In this document: positions 25,633-39,440 of the stretch, piece by piece
Numbering within the stretch: position 1 is the first letter of the stretch
Layout of the letters: every line of letters begins with the position of its first letter
Source of the DNA: Eledone cirrhosa
Taxonomy: Eukaryota
Assembly (NCBI GenBank): GCA_964016885.1
Contig: OZ024750.1
Coordinates: 8,680,001-8,744,000 of the forward strand
Reading direction: 5' to 3'
Length of the DNA: 64,000 bases
The notes under the pieces: generated by a model
The model's input: the letters and a program-made list of their open reading frames with translations, nothing else
Database searches by the model: none
Told to the model about the DNA's origin: nothing
Made by a program: the position numbers and the translations under genes

Positions 25633-26254
25633 GATACTCTAAAATTAATGTTTGTAAGGCACTTTGACCTCGGATGGACTAGAAGTACTTTCGATAAGGC
25701 TCGAAACTGCGACCACTTCGATGGCCAATGACCCCCGTAGTTTTTCTTTTACTTGTTGCCGATATCATAGTGTCACTCGTGATGCACTCAATTCCTCTCC
25801 TCCAGTCTTACAACATATATTTTATCACATTAAGATTAATGTAATAAAATAATGGCTGAATATATAAATAATATAAATAATTCGTCTTCAGACGAATATT
25901 TCTATACCTTGTACATATATTACTTATTTATTCATGATTCAGCATTTGGCAACAAGGTCCTAAACGTGTGCAGCAGTAGAACATGAATACATATTACTGT
26001 TAGAAAAGTTAGACATTTTACAGATACTTTTGCTGGATTATATGTAGCATATGATTGTTAGTGTTAGGCCTGGGGAATTATCTATTCCCATCAGCTCATT
26101 TTAAGTGACTTCTAAATATTTATATATTGGGTTGATTTTGAATCTATAATTGTATGCAGAAGTACTGTTATTAATGTTAAGATATGTCTTATACTCTGTG
26201 GACTCCAAAGACCACTAGATCTCACTATGATATAATAGAAATATAATGTAATAC

Positions 26255-26260
26255 ATGTAT

Positions 26261-26309
<49 letters not shown>

Positions 26310-26377
26310 ATGTGTGTGTTTGTATATATATATATATATATATATATATAATGTGTGTGTTTGTGTATAAATATGTT

Positions 26378-26419
<42 letters not shown>

Positions 26420-26500
26420 GTGTGTGTGTGTGTGTGTATGCATACAGAGACAGGATGCGTGTGTGTGTATACAGAGAGACAGGATGTGTGTGTGTGTGTG
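26255..26500. repeat. TA/TG compound microsatellite
   Basis: Directly visible. Confidence 0.9.
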
Positions 26501-26916
26501 TTACGACGCTCAAATTTGCAAGTGATGAATTATATCTTCCGATTGCCTTTGGGTAATTGATGTAGTTTAAGCAAGTTCATATGCAGTTGTAAATTACTAT
26601 TGGAGCCGATGCTTTTACACACATACCGATATTTATCTGTCAAACTATCCACTTCACTATAAAACAAGTAAACTATGCCAATTATACTAACACAGAATAT
26701 ACATATCTATAACTTCGTCAACCTATCTACATATGCATGTATTTATCTGTGCGCGTATGCATATATATATATACATACATTTTTATATATATGTAAAATC
26801 TCGACCGTGGCGCCAAGCGGTTTCGACTTGTGTTTGCTCTCCTCTCTCAGCACACCCCTATCCTCTCTCGCCGTATGTGTGTGTGTCTATATATATACAT
26901 ATATATTATTATTATT

Positions 26917-27063
26917 ATGCTTTCCAGCATAGTTACGTCCCTTTACGATTTGAGTTCAAATCCCGTCGAGGTTAACTTTGCCTTTCATCCTTACGGGGTC
27001 GATAAAATAAAGTACCAGTAATGCACTAGGTAATTTGCTGGCTTTGTGCCAAAAGTAGAAACA

Positions 27064-27102
<39 letters not shown>
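26917..27102 (+). mobile_element. SINE family A (short variant) with expanded (TTA)n tail
   Basis: 5'-truncated consensus copy inserted in a (TTA)n run. Confidence 0.92.
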
Positions 27103-27891
27103 GGCGTGTACGCCAGGTAACAGTATTCCTGAATAGTATACGTGGTAGTCAATGTATACAATGAGTCTTACAGCAGTTCTGACCTTGATCTTAAATAACA
27201 AGCCAGGACAAATGTTCCTTCCATGATAGATCGTAAATATTATCTCACACTGGTCCTATAAACAAAAACCTCTGTCGATATCAGCTATAGTTTAATTTGA
27301 TCTGGCAATGATAAACACCGACACACATGATAAACAGAAGTATATAAATATATACTAGATCGGCAAATACGAAGTGTTTGATGTTTAAGAATACAAAAGT
27401 TGTACAAAGGTCAAGGAAAAGGTCATAGATATCAAATTAATTAATAAAGACGTGAATAAATAGCTACAGAAGATTCTATCTAAATACAGCAATATATTAT
27501 TCAACCCATGATTTTAGAGAATAAATACTTCACTTCCTAGACACATACGCGCGCGCGCACACACACACACATATATAATCACACACACACATATAATCAC
27601 ACACACATAATCACACACGCACACACACGTATATATGTATGTATACGTGTGGGTGTTTATTTGCAGATATCCTCTCGTTATATGATAATTTCTTTTCCTA
27701 TCCACGTAGACTACCTAAGACCGTGTACAACAGCCTGTCCGTTCCTACATATTCCTTATAAACATCACAGAAATTTCTCAACTCCGTTTGAAAAATGTTT
27801 ACACAAAATAATCTCGGACCACGGGAAACTACTGCAGTATTTATCTTGATAAATATAACCTAAGTGGTTATCTCCAATAGAAAATATCCTT

Positions 27892-27922
<31 letters not shown>

Positions 27923-28644
27923 ATGTATATATATATATCGGTGCACATGCCATATAATGTTTGGAATAATGCTTATTGGTGTGGAAAGTGAAAATGGTAG
28001 AAGATAATAAAATAAAGTTAGTGTATAAGGGGGCCATAAAATAATGTATCCATGAGTCCTATAAATTCTTTGGGTTGAGAGGATTTGGCAGGATAAAAGC
28101 AGCTACCATGAAGTAAGCATACATCAGAAGATTCAAATCATTGCTTGAATCCATTGTGAAGCTGCGCTTCTTCAAAAAGTTGCTATACAGTATTTAGAGT
28201 ATAATAAAGAAATCGTAAAATAAAATAAATGCTTGGTTATCAGATTGGAAGAACCAGATAATAATAAACATTTATAAATCTATTAAATGTTGCCACTAAT
28301 AGAATTTATTCACGTCGCATAAAAGTGCAAAAGACTGATTAAAAAAAAAAATAGTATCTATTGTATGAAGAAAATAACGAAGCGTGCTTCTACATTCAAT
28401 TGTAGGAATCAGTAAGAGAAATACTGGAATATTTAAAACAGTCATCTGAAGTATTCGGTAGATGTCTTAGATATAAAAAAGGAATGTCTGAGAAACATCG
28501 AACTATTTATGGATTTGTAAATGGCTTAAAATGTTGTAGATAATCCATTATTGTTTGTGAGAATATCACGACTAAACTATTTCATAAAAGCATTGACCTT
28601 GGGATTATAATAACTTTTTCTTCTTCTGTTTTCTTCTGTTTCGT

Positions 28645-28802
28645 GGCATAGTTGCGGCCCTTTACGTTCTGCATTTTAGCTTTGCTTTCCATCCCTACGG
28701 GAACGATAAAATAATGTACCTGTCAAGCGCTGGGGTCGATTTAATTGACGTTCCCTGCCCCCCAGAATCGCTGTACTTGTGCCTATAGTATAAATTATTA
28801 TT
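28645..28802 (+). mobile_element. SINE family A (long, internally deleted)
   Basis: gcatagttgcggccctttacgttctg..ctggggtcgatttaattgac..cttgtgcctatag. Confidence 0.8.
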
Positions 28803-29531
28803 TACATAGAATACAGAGGACATTCTAATGTCTTAAAAGGAAAAAGTAATCTTAAATAAGATATTGTCCATGTTAATGATGACACAGTATTGGGAAACAA
28901 GATTAGTGAGAATTAACAAAGTGTGCGTCAAGTAATGAACGGAAAAGATCTATAGTAAACACAAGCTTATAGGGAATGTTTTTCAACTGTCAGTTGTTAC
29001 ATGGCTTAGAGAGAAAGAAGTGTTAGTATTGAAACAGAAAATTGAGTTAATTTCTTTCGAAAAATCAATAAGATACGGATATGACCCATTCCCTCAATAA
29101 ATAAGTCTTTTTACAAAATGATGATTAAAAGCAAAGCTAGAGAGAAAAACAAACTGTCCATTGATACCGAGTGAAAGTGACAAAGACCAAACATTAAATT
29201 ACGAAATAAAAATAGAATATAATAAAATAACAACTGCTAGGAAATTTATCATCAATTTAACACAATCACTAGATTGAGATAAAGAAAGTATCAGCAAATA
29301 CAACATGAAAGGCAGTTTGAAGACACCGAATGCTCATTAAACAAAGTGAACTACTTGAAAGCAATTATAGAATATTCCATGGAAGATTAAACAAACGAAA
29401 CAACGTTTATATCATCACTAAACGACTAACATTAGAGAAATTTACTGAAGAAAGTTGTCAAACATTACACAAATAACAAAGGTGGAGACTCAATTAATAC
29501 AGGAAATGAATAACAGCAAGATTATTAAAAT

Positions 29532-29722
29532 ATAATTGTTTCTACTTTAGGCACAAGGCCAGCAATTAACCAGTACATTACTGGTACTTTATTTTATCGA
29601 CCCCCGTAAGGATGAAAGGCAAAGTTAACCTCAGCGGGATTTGGACTCAAACCGTAAAGGGACGTAACTATGCTAGAAAGCATGGCGTCCAACCCTCTAC
29701 CGATACTGCCAATTCACCGCCC
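29532..29722 (-). mobile_element. SINE family A (short variant, full length)
   Basis: Consensus copy; TSD taaaatataat. Confidence 0.93.
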
Positions 29723-29887
29723 TTTTTAAAATATAATGATTGAAAAAATAAAAAATTAAAACATACTTTCAGCTGTAACACTTATTAAATCGATAGTTTG
29801 CAAAACTTTTTGATGAAACTGATTCTTGTCACATATTTTCACAACTGTGGTTCATAATTAGTTTATATTAATATGGGGTTTTAATTT

Positions 29888-30005
29888 GGGTTGGTAGTAT
29901 CGGTAGAGGGTCAGATAACGCGCACTTGACGTTCTGGTTTTTAAAATCTCGCCGAGGACAGCTTTGCATTTCAAACGCACTGGTGTCTATTTAATTGCAG
30001 CCCCC
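29888..30005 (+). mobile_element. Degraded SINE family A
   Basis: ttggtagtatcggtagagggtcaga..aatctcgccgagg..gcactggtgtc. Confidence 0.65.
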
Positions 30006-30396
30006 ATAATTGGAGATACTGTATGAATGGTTGGAAAAAAGAGAAATATTATTAGAGGAAGTGATAGGTTTTTGTTAAAAGTTGAATAAAGAACCATAGT
30101 TATTCTACCAAATAATGAACTGAATGTAACAATTTCTATAATTTCTCAACGAACATATTTTTCCCGAGAAATATTATTAAACAGGAATAAATATAATTGT
30201 TTGCAATGGAGAACCAGTAAGTTGTTCTCTTGTGTATAGCTGATGATAAACCTTTCGTGTAATGTATTACTACTAACTACAGGCTTTACAAGAAATATAC
30301 TTCCAAGTAACTATTGCTATTTTCCTGGCCATTTCACTTCACTAATTTTACAAAACTACTACAAAATGGAAGCTTTAAGAAAAATGTCAAGATATA

Positions 30397-30577
30397 CAAT
30401 TGTTTCTACTTTAGGTACAAGGCCAGCAATTACCCAGTGCATTACTAGTACTTTATTTTATCGACCCCCGTAAGGATGAAAGGCAAAGTCAACCTCGGCG
30501 GGATTTGAACTCAGATCGTAAAGGGACGTAACTATGCTGGAAAGCATGGCGTCCGACCCTCTACCGATAATGCCAAT
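30397..30577 (-). mobile_element. SINE family A (short variant)
   Basis: Consensus copy. Confidence 0.93.
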
Positions 30578-32896
30578 ATAATGATCTAGAAATCAAAGGC
30601 GTATAAAACAACCAGCATACACAAATAAATTAAAAGAAAATATTACTCTTGAGATTAGGGTTGTTTGCTGAACCATATTTTAAACACACAACCACAAGTA
30701 AATTAGCTATCTTTACATTATCATAAACTACAAATTTATTGGGCTATGAAATGCCAAGTTAAAAGCAAATAAGTTTACGACAGAATTTATCATACGTAAC
30801 CTACATTCAGATGTGGAAAAAACATAATGGTCGACGATTAATATAAATAGAAAATTATAAAAATATAAGTAAAAATAATTAATCTAAGCATACGAATGTA
30901 CTTAATGAGAAATAAAGAAGGATGTTCGCAAATAAAATAGGGAAGAGAGATGCAAACCTATGTCTATACTATAAACCGATGTCTATACTATACCCCGTTT
31001 TGGGAATGGTACGTCATTACTAGTCTAAACATGAACAAGACCAAACGTAACTCACGAATGATTACCTCAAATTCTGTGTGAGAGAATAAGTAGAGATCAT
31101 GTCTTGAATTCGATAAACACGATCGTCTCAGGCAGTCTATCCTTAAAGTTTGCCTAGATGAAGAGGAGAAACATTGTACACATACTTAAGGAAACAATAA
31201 TTGAAATGTATTTACCTGTTTAAAACAAGAGACTTACACCGAAATTATATCAGACTTAGAAATAGTTATTAAAGAAAACAATTGTTCTTGTCAACTTTCA
31301 TCAATCTATTGCTGGATAAAGTCCTCAACATGCTGTTGCCAAATTTTCTAGATCAGCCGCATGGGGATGTTTAATGGTGCAGTACACCATCTCTGCCATG
31401 TTCTTCTTCATTTTCACTTTTGAAATGACATATGAAAGAAAATGAAGAAATAAAGGATGTATGAGGAAAATACAGCGAATATTAAAAATAAAAGCAAACA
31501 TTTAAAACACAAACAGCGAAAATCTGGAAAAACGATATCAAGATTGGGAATATAAATATCGGGAGACGTCAAACAAAGCAGAAAAAACTAAAAGTAAGAT
31601 ACAATCTAGAATTCATATATCGATTCAGAAAATGAAGCAACACATGACAAACTTGATGTAAATACTAACAGCTATGCATATCTAAAAATCTAAGAGAAGG
31701 ATCATCTGAAATATAGAAAGTTTATAATCCCATAGAAGTTGCGTTATATATGTAACTTTATTTTTATAAGGTCAACTTATAAAAATACTTATGTTGCAAT
31801 AAAAACGTAAAAGAATATTTACTAGATTCTGTCACTTTTCCTATTCTTAGAATAGCTTTATAATGTTTAATTGTCTTTTTCTTATTGCATTCGAAGTTTG
31901 AATTTCAATTTCTTATCAGATTCGACATTAAATGCATTCTTGCATGATAAGTATTTATATTTCCGAGTGATTTTCTTTTCCTGTACGAATTATGGTTCAG
32001 TCATCGATATATAAATATTATTGGATGTAAACATCGCTACTAATTATCAACATCTAGAGATAAATGCAGAACTCCAATAGTAATAGATAGTAATAGACTA
32101 TCCACAGAGCAATCTGAACGTTGCATGCAACTACACAAAGTATAACAATATATAAATTACATAATATCTCGGTTTGAATCTGCAGGAGTAAAACAAATCA
32201 TACAAGAACAATTATTAATAACTAGAATGTGGATATTGAGGAGGTTAATGTTGTTGACAATCATAACAATTTCTAACATAACGTGTTAGATAACAACATG
32301 TTATCTAACATAAGAACATAAGACCTTTGTTATTTTGCACTGACAATAGACTGGATGTGAAATGAGAATAACAAGCGCCTTACTTAAACACCACAGTCCT
32401 TATACCGATTCTGGTTTGCACTCCCATAATTTTATAATGATAATACAAAGGGAAATGATAAATCATATTTGGATTATTACATCGTTTCCTTTCGTCTTCG
32501 AATTTGATTCATAAATATTAATCATATAATAAATACAGAAATTTCAGAAATTTCATGTTGTATCATTAATGAGTTATGTAGTCTCAACTTTCGCATTAAC
32601 CACTGGCTGACCACTGAATATAAGAGGAATGGAATTAACAACATATATATATATATCCATCCCAAAATAACAACTTAACTTACAATTCAAATAGAAATGT
32701 TATCATCCAGGCCAAGGTGAATAAGGGAACGGGAACATTGGATGTGACTCACAAAAATGTACCTGCGGAATACGTATCGTGTAAACAGGCATCCAATATA
32801 AAATGATAACAATCTAAATAAATTGATAACATTTAGTCTTCAACTCCCTGAAGGGGTGTTTGAGCCCCCCCCCCCCCCCCCATGGGCCTTTCAGGA

Positions 32897-33084
32897 ATAA
32901 TAATAATTGTTTCTACTTTTGGCACAAGGCCAGCAATTATCTCAGTGTATTACTGGTACTTTATTTTATCGATCCCCGTAAGGATGAAAGGCAAAGTTAA
33001 CGTCGGCGGGATTTGAACTCAGATCATAAAGGACCGTAACTCTATGCTACAAAGTTTGGCGTCCGACCCTCTACCGATACTGCC
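32897..33084 (-). mobile_element. SINE family A (short variant)
   Basis: Consensus copy with (TTA)n tail. Confidence 0.93.
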
Positions 33085-33854
33085 AGTCAAGAAGAAGACT
33101 ATCTCCTCAATAAATTCACTCGAGTTGAATATGTTTTCATATTGTACTTATAATCTACCACAATATATAGTTTGTAGAAATAACGAAAATAGTATTGAAG
33201 AGGGTGATATGCACAAAACCCACGAATGTTAATTATGTGAATTAAAGAAACACAAATGGGAGAAATAATCAAAATATAGCAGTAATTGAAAGTTGATGCG
33301 CTTAACTAATCAACATATCTATAGATAAAAGCAAGTAATATATCTAACAGGTTAGGTTATTATTGAAACTGAATCAGTTGCTAATTACAAATTTGCAATA
33401 CTCGCAGAATTCATGTAAAATAAGGTTATAATATTCTCAAAAGGAATTTAAGTTAGTTGGCTGCTCTCTTTACAAAGAAAAAGTGAAATAATTACCTCAT
33501 TAGAACACAATATCGACAAATCAACATAGAATATCAAATTTAGTACCAAAATGGGATGGTAAAGGTATTATGTAAAACAAGAAACTGCGGTAAATGGTGC
33601 AATAAATAATTACAAAATATCACATGAAGAAGAAAAAAGGTAATTGTAAACATAACTGCAAAATATTAGCAGAGGAAAATTAAATTATATTCTATCTTGA
33701 CACCTGCAATTATTTAGCAAAATTACTGGTAACTGACAGTGTTATAAAGGATAGAGAAATATTGGAATAGACGGAATTTCAAAATGTTATTTTTAAATGT
33801 TTACACAAAGTTATCCAGAGACAATTGGATATATAGTGATGTCTAAATATAATG

Positions 33855-34354
33855 TCTGTCTCAAGCTAGGAGGCTCGTTAGGCAAGTGCTTATCCCGGTT
33901 TCGTGGCGTGAGGTGACTGACAGTACAAGATTCCCCTGGAGAGGACGCCAGTCCATGACAGGATTAAAGTCTCAAACACCAGTGCTTATCCGGGTTTCGA
34001 GGCGTGAGGTGAAGGAGAGTACAAGACTACCCCTGCCCCTGGGCAGGACGCGAGTCCATCACAGGGTTAAAGACTGTCTCAAGCTAGGAGGCTCTTTAGA
34101 CCAGTGCTTATGGCAGTTTCGTAGCGTGAGGTGACTGGCTGTAGAATATTCCCCCTGGAGAAGACGCCAGTCCATCGCACGGTTAAATTCCCAGCTATTG
34201 CTGGTACTCATTTTCAGCTAAGTATTATCGCGCAAAGTGAAATGGAGTGTTTTGCTCAAGAGTACAACGCGCAATCAACCCAGGAATCGAACCCTTGATA
34301 TTATGATTACATTATGATCGTAAATCCAACACCCTTACACCTAGGCCTCGTGCC
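33855..34354 (-). mobile_element. SINE family B, tail type 2, with triplicated ~110-bp 3' end
   Basis: tRNA head (ggttcgattcc on minus) at ~34280-34354; 3' units at 33855-33968, 33969-34070 and 34071-34187; single-tail relative at 48948-49204. Confidence 0.85.
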
Positions 34355-34929
34355 TCAACAGAGATGTGGATAAATGAAATACACATCAACATTTGCAGTG
34401 ATGCTTCTGCTTAAATTTGAAACCACAAGGAACAATATGAAACATATCCTACAAGAAACAAACATAGTGAATAAATATATAAAATAAGTTTCTTGGCAAT
34501 GTGTGTAGGGAATCAATCGTATGTGTCGGATATGTGTAAGGGAAATCCCGGGGATTATATACAAAACACATAAAGAAATACCGTTTTTACTGTCAGTCAA
34601 TTCTGAGCTAAACAGGAAAATAAATAATGATATGCCAGTGTTGGTTGATTAATGCATTGAACGACATGGCAGTATTATTGAATATGTTCTGAAATAAGAT
34701 TATATATACATATAATAGAATATATCTAAGACGTATAATGTCAGTATACTCTGGGTGATGAAGGCTGAAGATCATATTTGCAAAGATTGCCGACTACCGA
34801 GAAGACATTCACTATTCGTTGTATTATTGCAACTCACAATAGTAAATATACAAACATAGAAATGGAGATTTCGAAAAGTGTGTTTTGAAAAGACGAACTA
34901 TAAAAATATTAACTGCCGCCTTACAAATG

Positions 34930-35113
34930 ATAATTGTTTCTACTTTTTGGCACAAGGCCAGCAATTATCCTAGTGCATAACTGGTACCTTATTTTATCGA
35001 CACTCGTTAGGATGAAAGGTAAAGTTAACCTCGGCAAGATTTGGACTCGGACCATAAAGGGCCGTAACTCTATGCTGCAAAGCATGGTCTCCGGCTCTCT
35101 ACTGATACTGCCA
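34930..35113 (-). mobile_element. SINE family A (short variant)
   Basis: Consensus copy. Confidence 0.9.
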
Positions 35114-35224
35114 ATAATGCAGACAAACGTTTTATTTTACTAGTTTCAGCCATTAGACTACGTAGTCACCATGTCAACGTCAGTACTGATGACAAACGTT
35201 GTTTTATCATTTTACTGGTTTCAA

Positions 35225-35446
35225 GGGCAACGGATTGGCAGTATCGGTAGACCCTCGGACAATATGCTTTGCAGCATAGAGTTACGGCCCTTTATGATCT
35301 GAGTTCAAATCCCGCCGAGGTTAACTTTGCCTTTCATCCTTACGGGGTCGATAAAATAAAGTACCAATCACGCACTGGGATCGATTTAATCGACTTTCTC
35401 CTCCTCCAAAATTGATGGCATTGTGCCCATATAAGAAACCATTATT
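35225..35446 (+). mobile_element. SINE family A (long variant)
   Basis: Consensus copy; TSD attttactggtttc. Confidence 0.93.
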
Positions 35447-36319
35447 TTACTGGTTTCCGGATTAGTTCGTGTAACCCCCACCACCTAATAATTATCCCAC
35501 TACTTTCTTATTTACCACGCAGCAGATAAAGAGGAAATTAGAAAGAAAAATTAGGAAATGTGTGAAAAAGCAGAATCGATTGTGCCCCACACCCCTCAAA
35601 AAAAGGCAAAAGAAAAAAAACGGTCATGAAAAGCACAACTCTAATTATAGTATGAAAAGTTTAAGAAATTTCAACGATTATAATTCTTTATAATTTTTTT
35701 GTCAATTGATTTTATTTCTTTACGTGGGCCTTGAGAAATAACACCAAATATTAAACGGCTTAGGGGAAAAGATTAAAATTAATTTCTAAAATAATTTCAT
35801 TGATCAAATATATGCTAGTATAATTTATTAAAAGACATCGTTGCTTTAAAATGTGTATGAAATCTACAGTTTATACCATAGAGGGAAAACGAGACAAAGA
35901 AAAAAAAACCCAACACATGTAATTTTGTAATATATTTTCAAATACCATCCTATCGCTATATACAGCAACTAAACAACATACAAGGAAACAACATTGAGGT
36001 TGTTTAAAGGTTATCATAAGTTTTAGATTAAATATCTATAAAACACTTCCAAATATATAGCAATGGTACTTTAGGTGCAAGGTCATAGTAGATGGAACAC
36101 CGAAAAGACTATTATATTGGCAGAAAGCCACACAATTATTTTCGTAATTATTTTCTTAACGTCAGATGTATGAAATGCGAAGAAACACTTGATGGTAAAT
36201 GAGCTCGCTCGAATACATACCTCGCTATATATAGGTATATATATTTATATATCGCACGGTTGTATGTTTGTTTGTTTATATGTATGTTCTTTTGGTTTCA
36301 TTATTATATGAATGCGCTA

Positions 36320-36785
36320 AGGCGGTGGATTGGCAGTATCGGTAGAGGGTCGGACGCCATGCTTTGCAGCATAGAGTTACGGCTCTTTATGATCTGAGCT
36401 CAAATCCCGCCGAGGTTAACTTTGCCTTTCATCCTTATGGGGTCGATAAAATAAAGTACCAGTCACGCACTGGGGTCGATTTAATAGACTTTCCCTTCCC
36501 CCCAAATTACTGGCCTTGTGCCTATATAAGAAACCATTATTATATGAATGCACTGGGTAATTGCTGGCCTTGTGCTAAAAGTAGAAACAATTATTATATG
36601 ATGCTTTGCAGTATAGAGTTACGACTCTTTGCGGTCTGAGTTCAAATCCCGCCGAGGTTAACTTTGCCTTTCATCCTTAAGGGGGTCGATAAAATAAAGC
36701 ACCAGTAACGTACTGGGTTGATTTAATCGACTTTCCCCTCCACCCAAATTACTGGCCTTGTGCCTATACTAGAAATCATTATTAT
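36320..36785 (+). mobile_element. Three stacked SINE family A insertions
   Basis: Full long copy at 36320-36540, short-variant 3' stub at 36548-36595, truncated long copy at 36600-36785. Confidence 0.92.
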
Positions 36786-37077
36786 ACGACTTGTTTACCA
36801 ATAGAGAGAGACGGTTTCTAACATAGACATAAGACACTTTATTTGGAATTTAGATAACATCAACTAGGTAAATATGTGTGTATGTGTGTATGTCTGCATG
36901 CGTGCATACATGTATGTGTGTGAGGGGGGGGGGGTTTATTGTATCTGTGGATCTGTATCTTTTTAGTTATGTGCGTACGTATGTATGTATGTATGAATAT
37001 TTGTATGTATGCATATTTATGTATATATATGTATATGTATGTACACACACTCTCACAAATATATATATATACATTAA

Positions 37078-37600
37078 CCCAGTACAACCTGTGCATGGTT
37101 GGGTTGTCGGCGACTAAACCGGCAACCCCACCTAGCTTGCTTGGTGAGGAGGGTGATTTTGGACACCCTGCGAGAGGAAATACAAAACCCGTCAAAGGGC
37201 ATAACTCAAGAGAATCAACGACTATCCAATAAAGTTTTTTTTTTTTTTTTTCGTTGGCAAGAGACTCCTAGTCTTCATTAAGATATTTCTCTAGGAGGTC
37301 ACTCTGATATAAAACCTTCGGCTTCGTTTGCATTCAATAAAGTAGACCTGTTCTTCTTTTTGGGCAAATGCATTCAATGTTCAAAGAGTAGGATTGGCCC
37401 CATGAAAAGCCTTTCCTCACTTATAAAAGCTTCAAGCTCAGTCATCCCTTGTTAGGTGACATTTTTGTGATGCATGGTATTGCTGGCCATAGGCAAGTCC
37501 CTAGCTGGACTAAAAAGCCACACCTGCGATGCTCATGTTTAAGTATCAAACAATGGCATTACTCGAAATCGAAATGCAGTCATTATCATGTATGTGTGTG
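37078..37600 (+). mobile_element. Diverged copy 3 of the non-coding HDV-like-ribozyme retroelement
   Basis: Shares cccagtacaacctgt..ggcgactaaac..cttggtgaggagggtg, actctgatataa, ctggactaaaaag and the 3' tactcgaaa..gcag..catgtatgtg end. Confidence 0.75.
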
Positions 37601-37963
37601 TGTGTGTGTGCGTGTGCGTGTGTGCGTGTATATATATATATACGAGAGAGAGAGGGGGAGATAAATAGATGTGTATGTGTGTGTGTCTGAGTGTATGTAT
37701 CTAAATCACTATATTCAACATTTTTGGTAATTATCATTTTTATATAACTCTATTATTATTATCATACTTGTCGCCTTGATCAATATTGACATAGCCTCTG
37801 TAAATGCTGATAACACACATTTTGCAATTAACGAAATTTAAACAATTACGCGTGATAAATTAGAGTTGGTGCTCCCAGCCAGTTGCCACACAAGAGTCTC
37901 AACGCTGTTCGATACTCCAATTGCTTTTAGAATTCACATTAGTTATACTGCAGAGGAAAGACA

Positions 37964-38325
37964 CTCTTCTTATCGGGTGGCTACACCACATCCATCCAGT
38001 GATGCGCACAGAGCCTTGTTCGGATTGTTATGGTTTCAAGCTCGTTTAGGGTGCATGAATCTTTAAGAGTGGAGCAAACTAGAAGGTGCTCCATAGTTTG
38101 TAATTGCTCGCATTGGCAGTTGGTATCATCATCAGTGGCATATCCCCATTTCTGAATGTTGGTACTACAGAGACCTACATGTATTCGGATTCGGAGGTGG
38201 TTCAGGCAGGACCAGATGGGCCAGGCATCACTGGAGCGAGGGGGAGAACTGTTTCTATAGCATTGAGAGAGAGTCTGTGTTTTACGTTGTTAAGGTGGCT
38301 GCACCACAGAGAAGAAAGACATTGA
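37964..38325 (-). mobile_element. Vingi/Ingi-type LINE 3' fragment
   Basis: Minus encodes WPIWSCLNHLR..GLCSTNIQKWGY..NCQCEQLQTMEHLLVC..C..EL..AHHWMDVV*, followed by a very short 3'UTR cacccgataagaaga. Confidence 0.75.
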
Positions 38326-39257
38326 AACCGGATAACATCAACATCACCTACTGGCAAATGTATCATGTACATTCAGACAGAAATCTGCCAGGTTCAGACA
38401 AGCCATTGTCACAGTCAGATTAATTCCTCATCCCCTTAACCACTAATTTATTCACCTTTGTTTTATTTCCAATCTCATTTAATTGAAATTTCAGTGAATT
38501 TAATAATCTTTTTTTATTTCTTTTAATTTGTATGTGTCACCCGTGCCATATTTCGGTGGATTTTGAAAATATATCATTGTTTGTCTCTCTCCAATGCAGG
38601 AAGACTTTTCAATAATGTTTGTTGCTTTTATTAGTTTTTGTTCATCATATGAACTAGCTCTGATAAAATATCTAAGGTAAAGTTTCACTATTTTGGTGAA
38701 AATCATTTGAAGTTCCTTAATAGCCAATGTTTACTTTAACATTTTAATATTTGGGCCTAGCAAACTTATAATCGATTTGTATTTTTCTTTGATGTAGTGC
38801 AGTCATTGAACTATCTGGTATGTCCTTGTTTATCAAACCAAGTCAGTAATCTTTTGGTACAATATTCTACATATTATTTTACGTAACATTTTGGAAGTGT
38901 CTTTCTATTCATATTATCTAAGTTATAATAAGCTTCTTACCTCGATTATGTGTGAGGATATATTTTCTCCTTATAATGACTGGTCAACTATGTTGTTTTG
39001 TTCTATATTGAGTACATGGTCTATAGTTGGTGTTACTTTTATTCTCTATAATTATTTCCAACTCATTTTTTCCTGCAGAAATCGGATAGGTTTCTGCCTT
39101 TCATGCAGAATATTTTAGTCATTATTGGCTTTCATATAAGCTTATTTCATTTGTGTCTAGACATTTTATTCTAGTTGCTTTACTTTCATCTATTTGTCAT
39201 TTTTCTGTATATATATATTTTTTTTTTTAAAACCCATTCATGCATTTACTGTTTTGT

Positions 39258-39440
39258 AATAATTGTTTCTACGTTAGGCACAAGGCCAGCAAATATCCAG
39301 TGCATTACTGGTACTTTATTTTATCGACCCCGTAAGGATGAAAGGCAAAGTTAACCTTGGCGGGATTTGAACTCAGAATGGCAAGGGCCGTAACTCTATA
39401 CGTCAAAGCATGGCGTCCGACCCTCTACCAATACTGCCAA
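39258..39440 (-). mobile_element. SINE family A (short variant)
   Basis: 17-bp TSD tactgttttgtaataat. Confidence 0.93.

Noticed and set aside
26780-26860. Hammerhead on minus (GAAACCG..CGGUC)
   Set aside because: Stem III is good, but the core reads CUGAGAG and stems I and II do not pair.
27650-29500. Decayed Penelope or LINE coding relics in an A-rich tract
   Set aside because: Strand bias is suggestive but I could read no unambiguous motif.
33855-34187. CRISPR-like array
   Set aside because: Eukaryotic context; units are SINE tails without unique spacers, and no cas genes are present.
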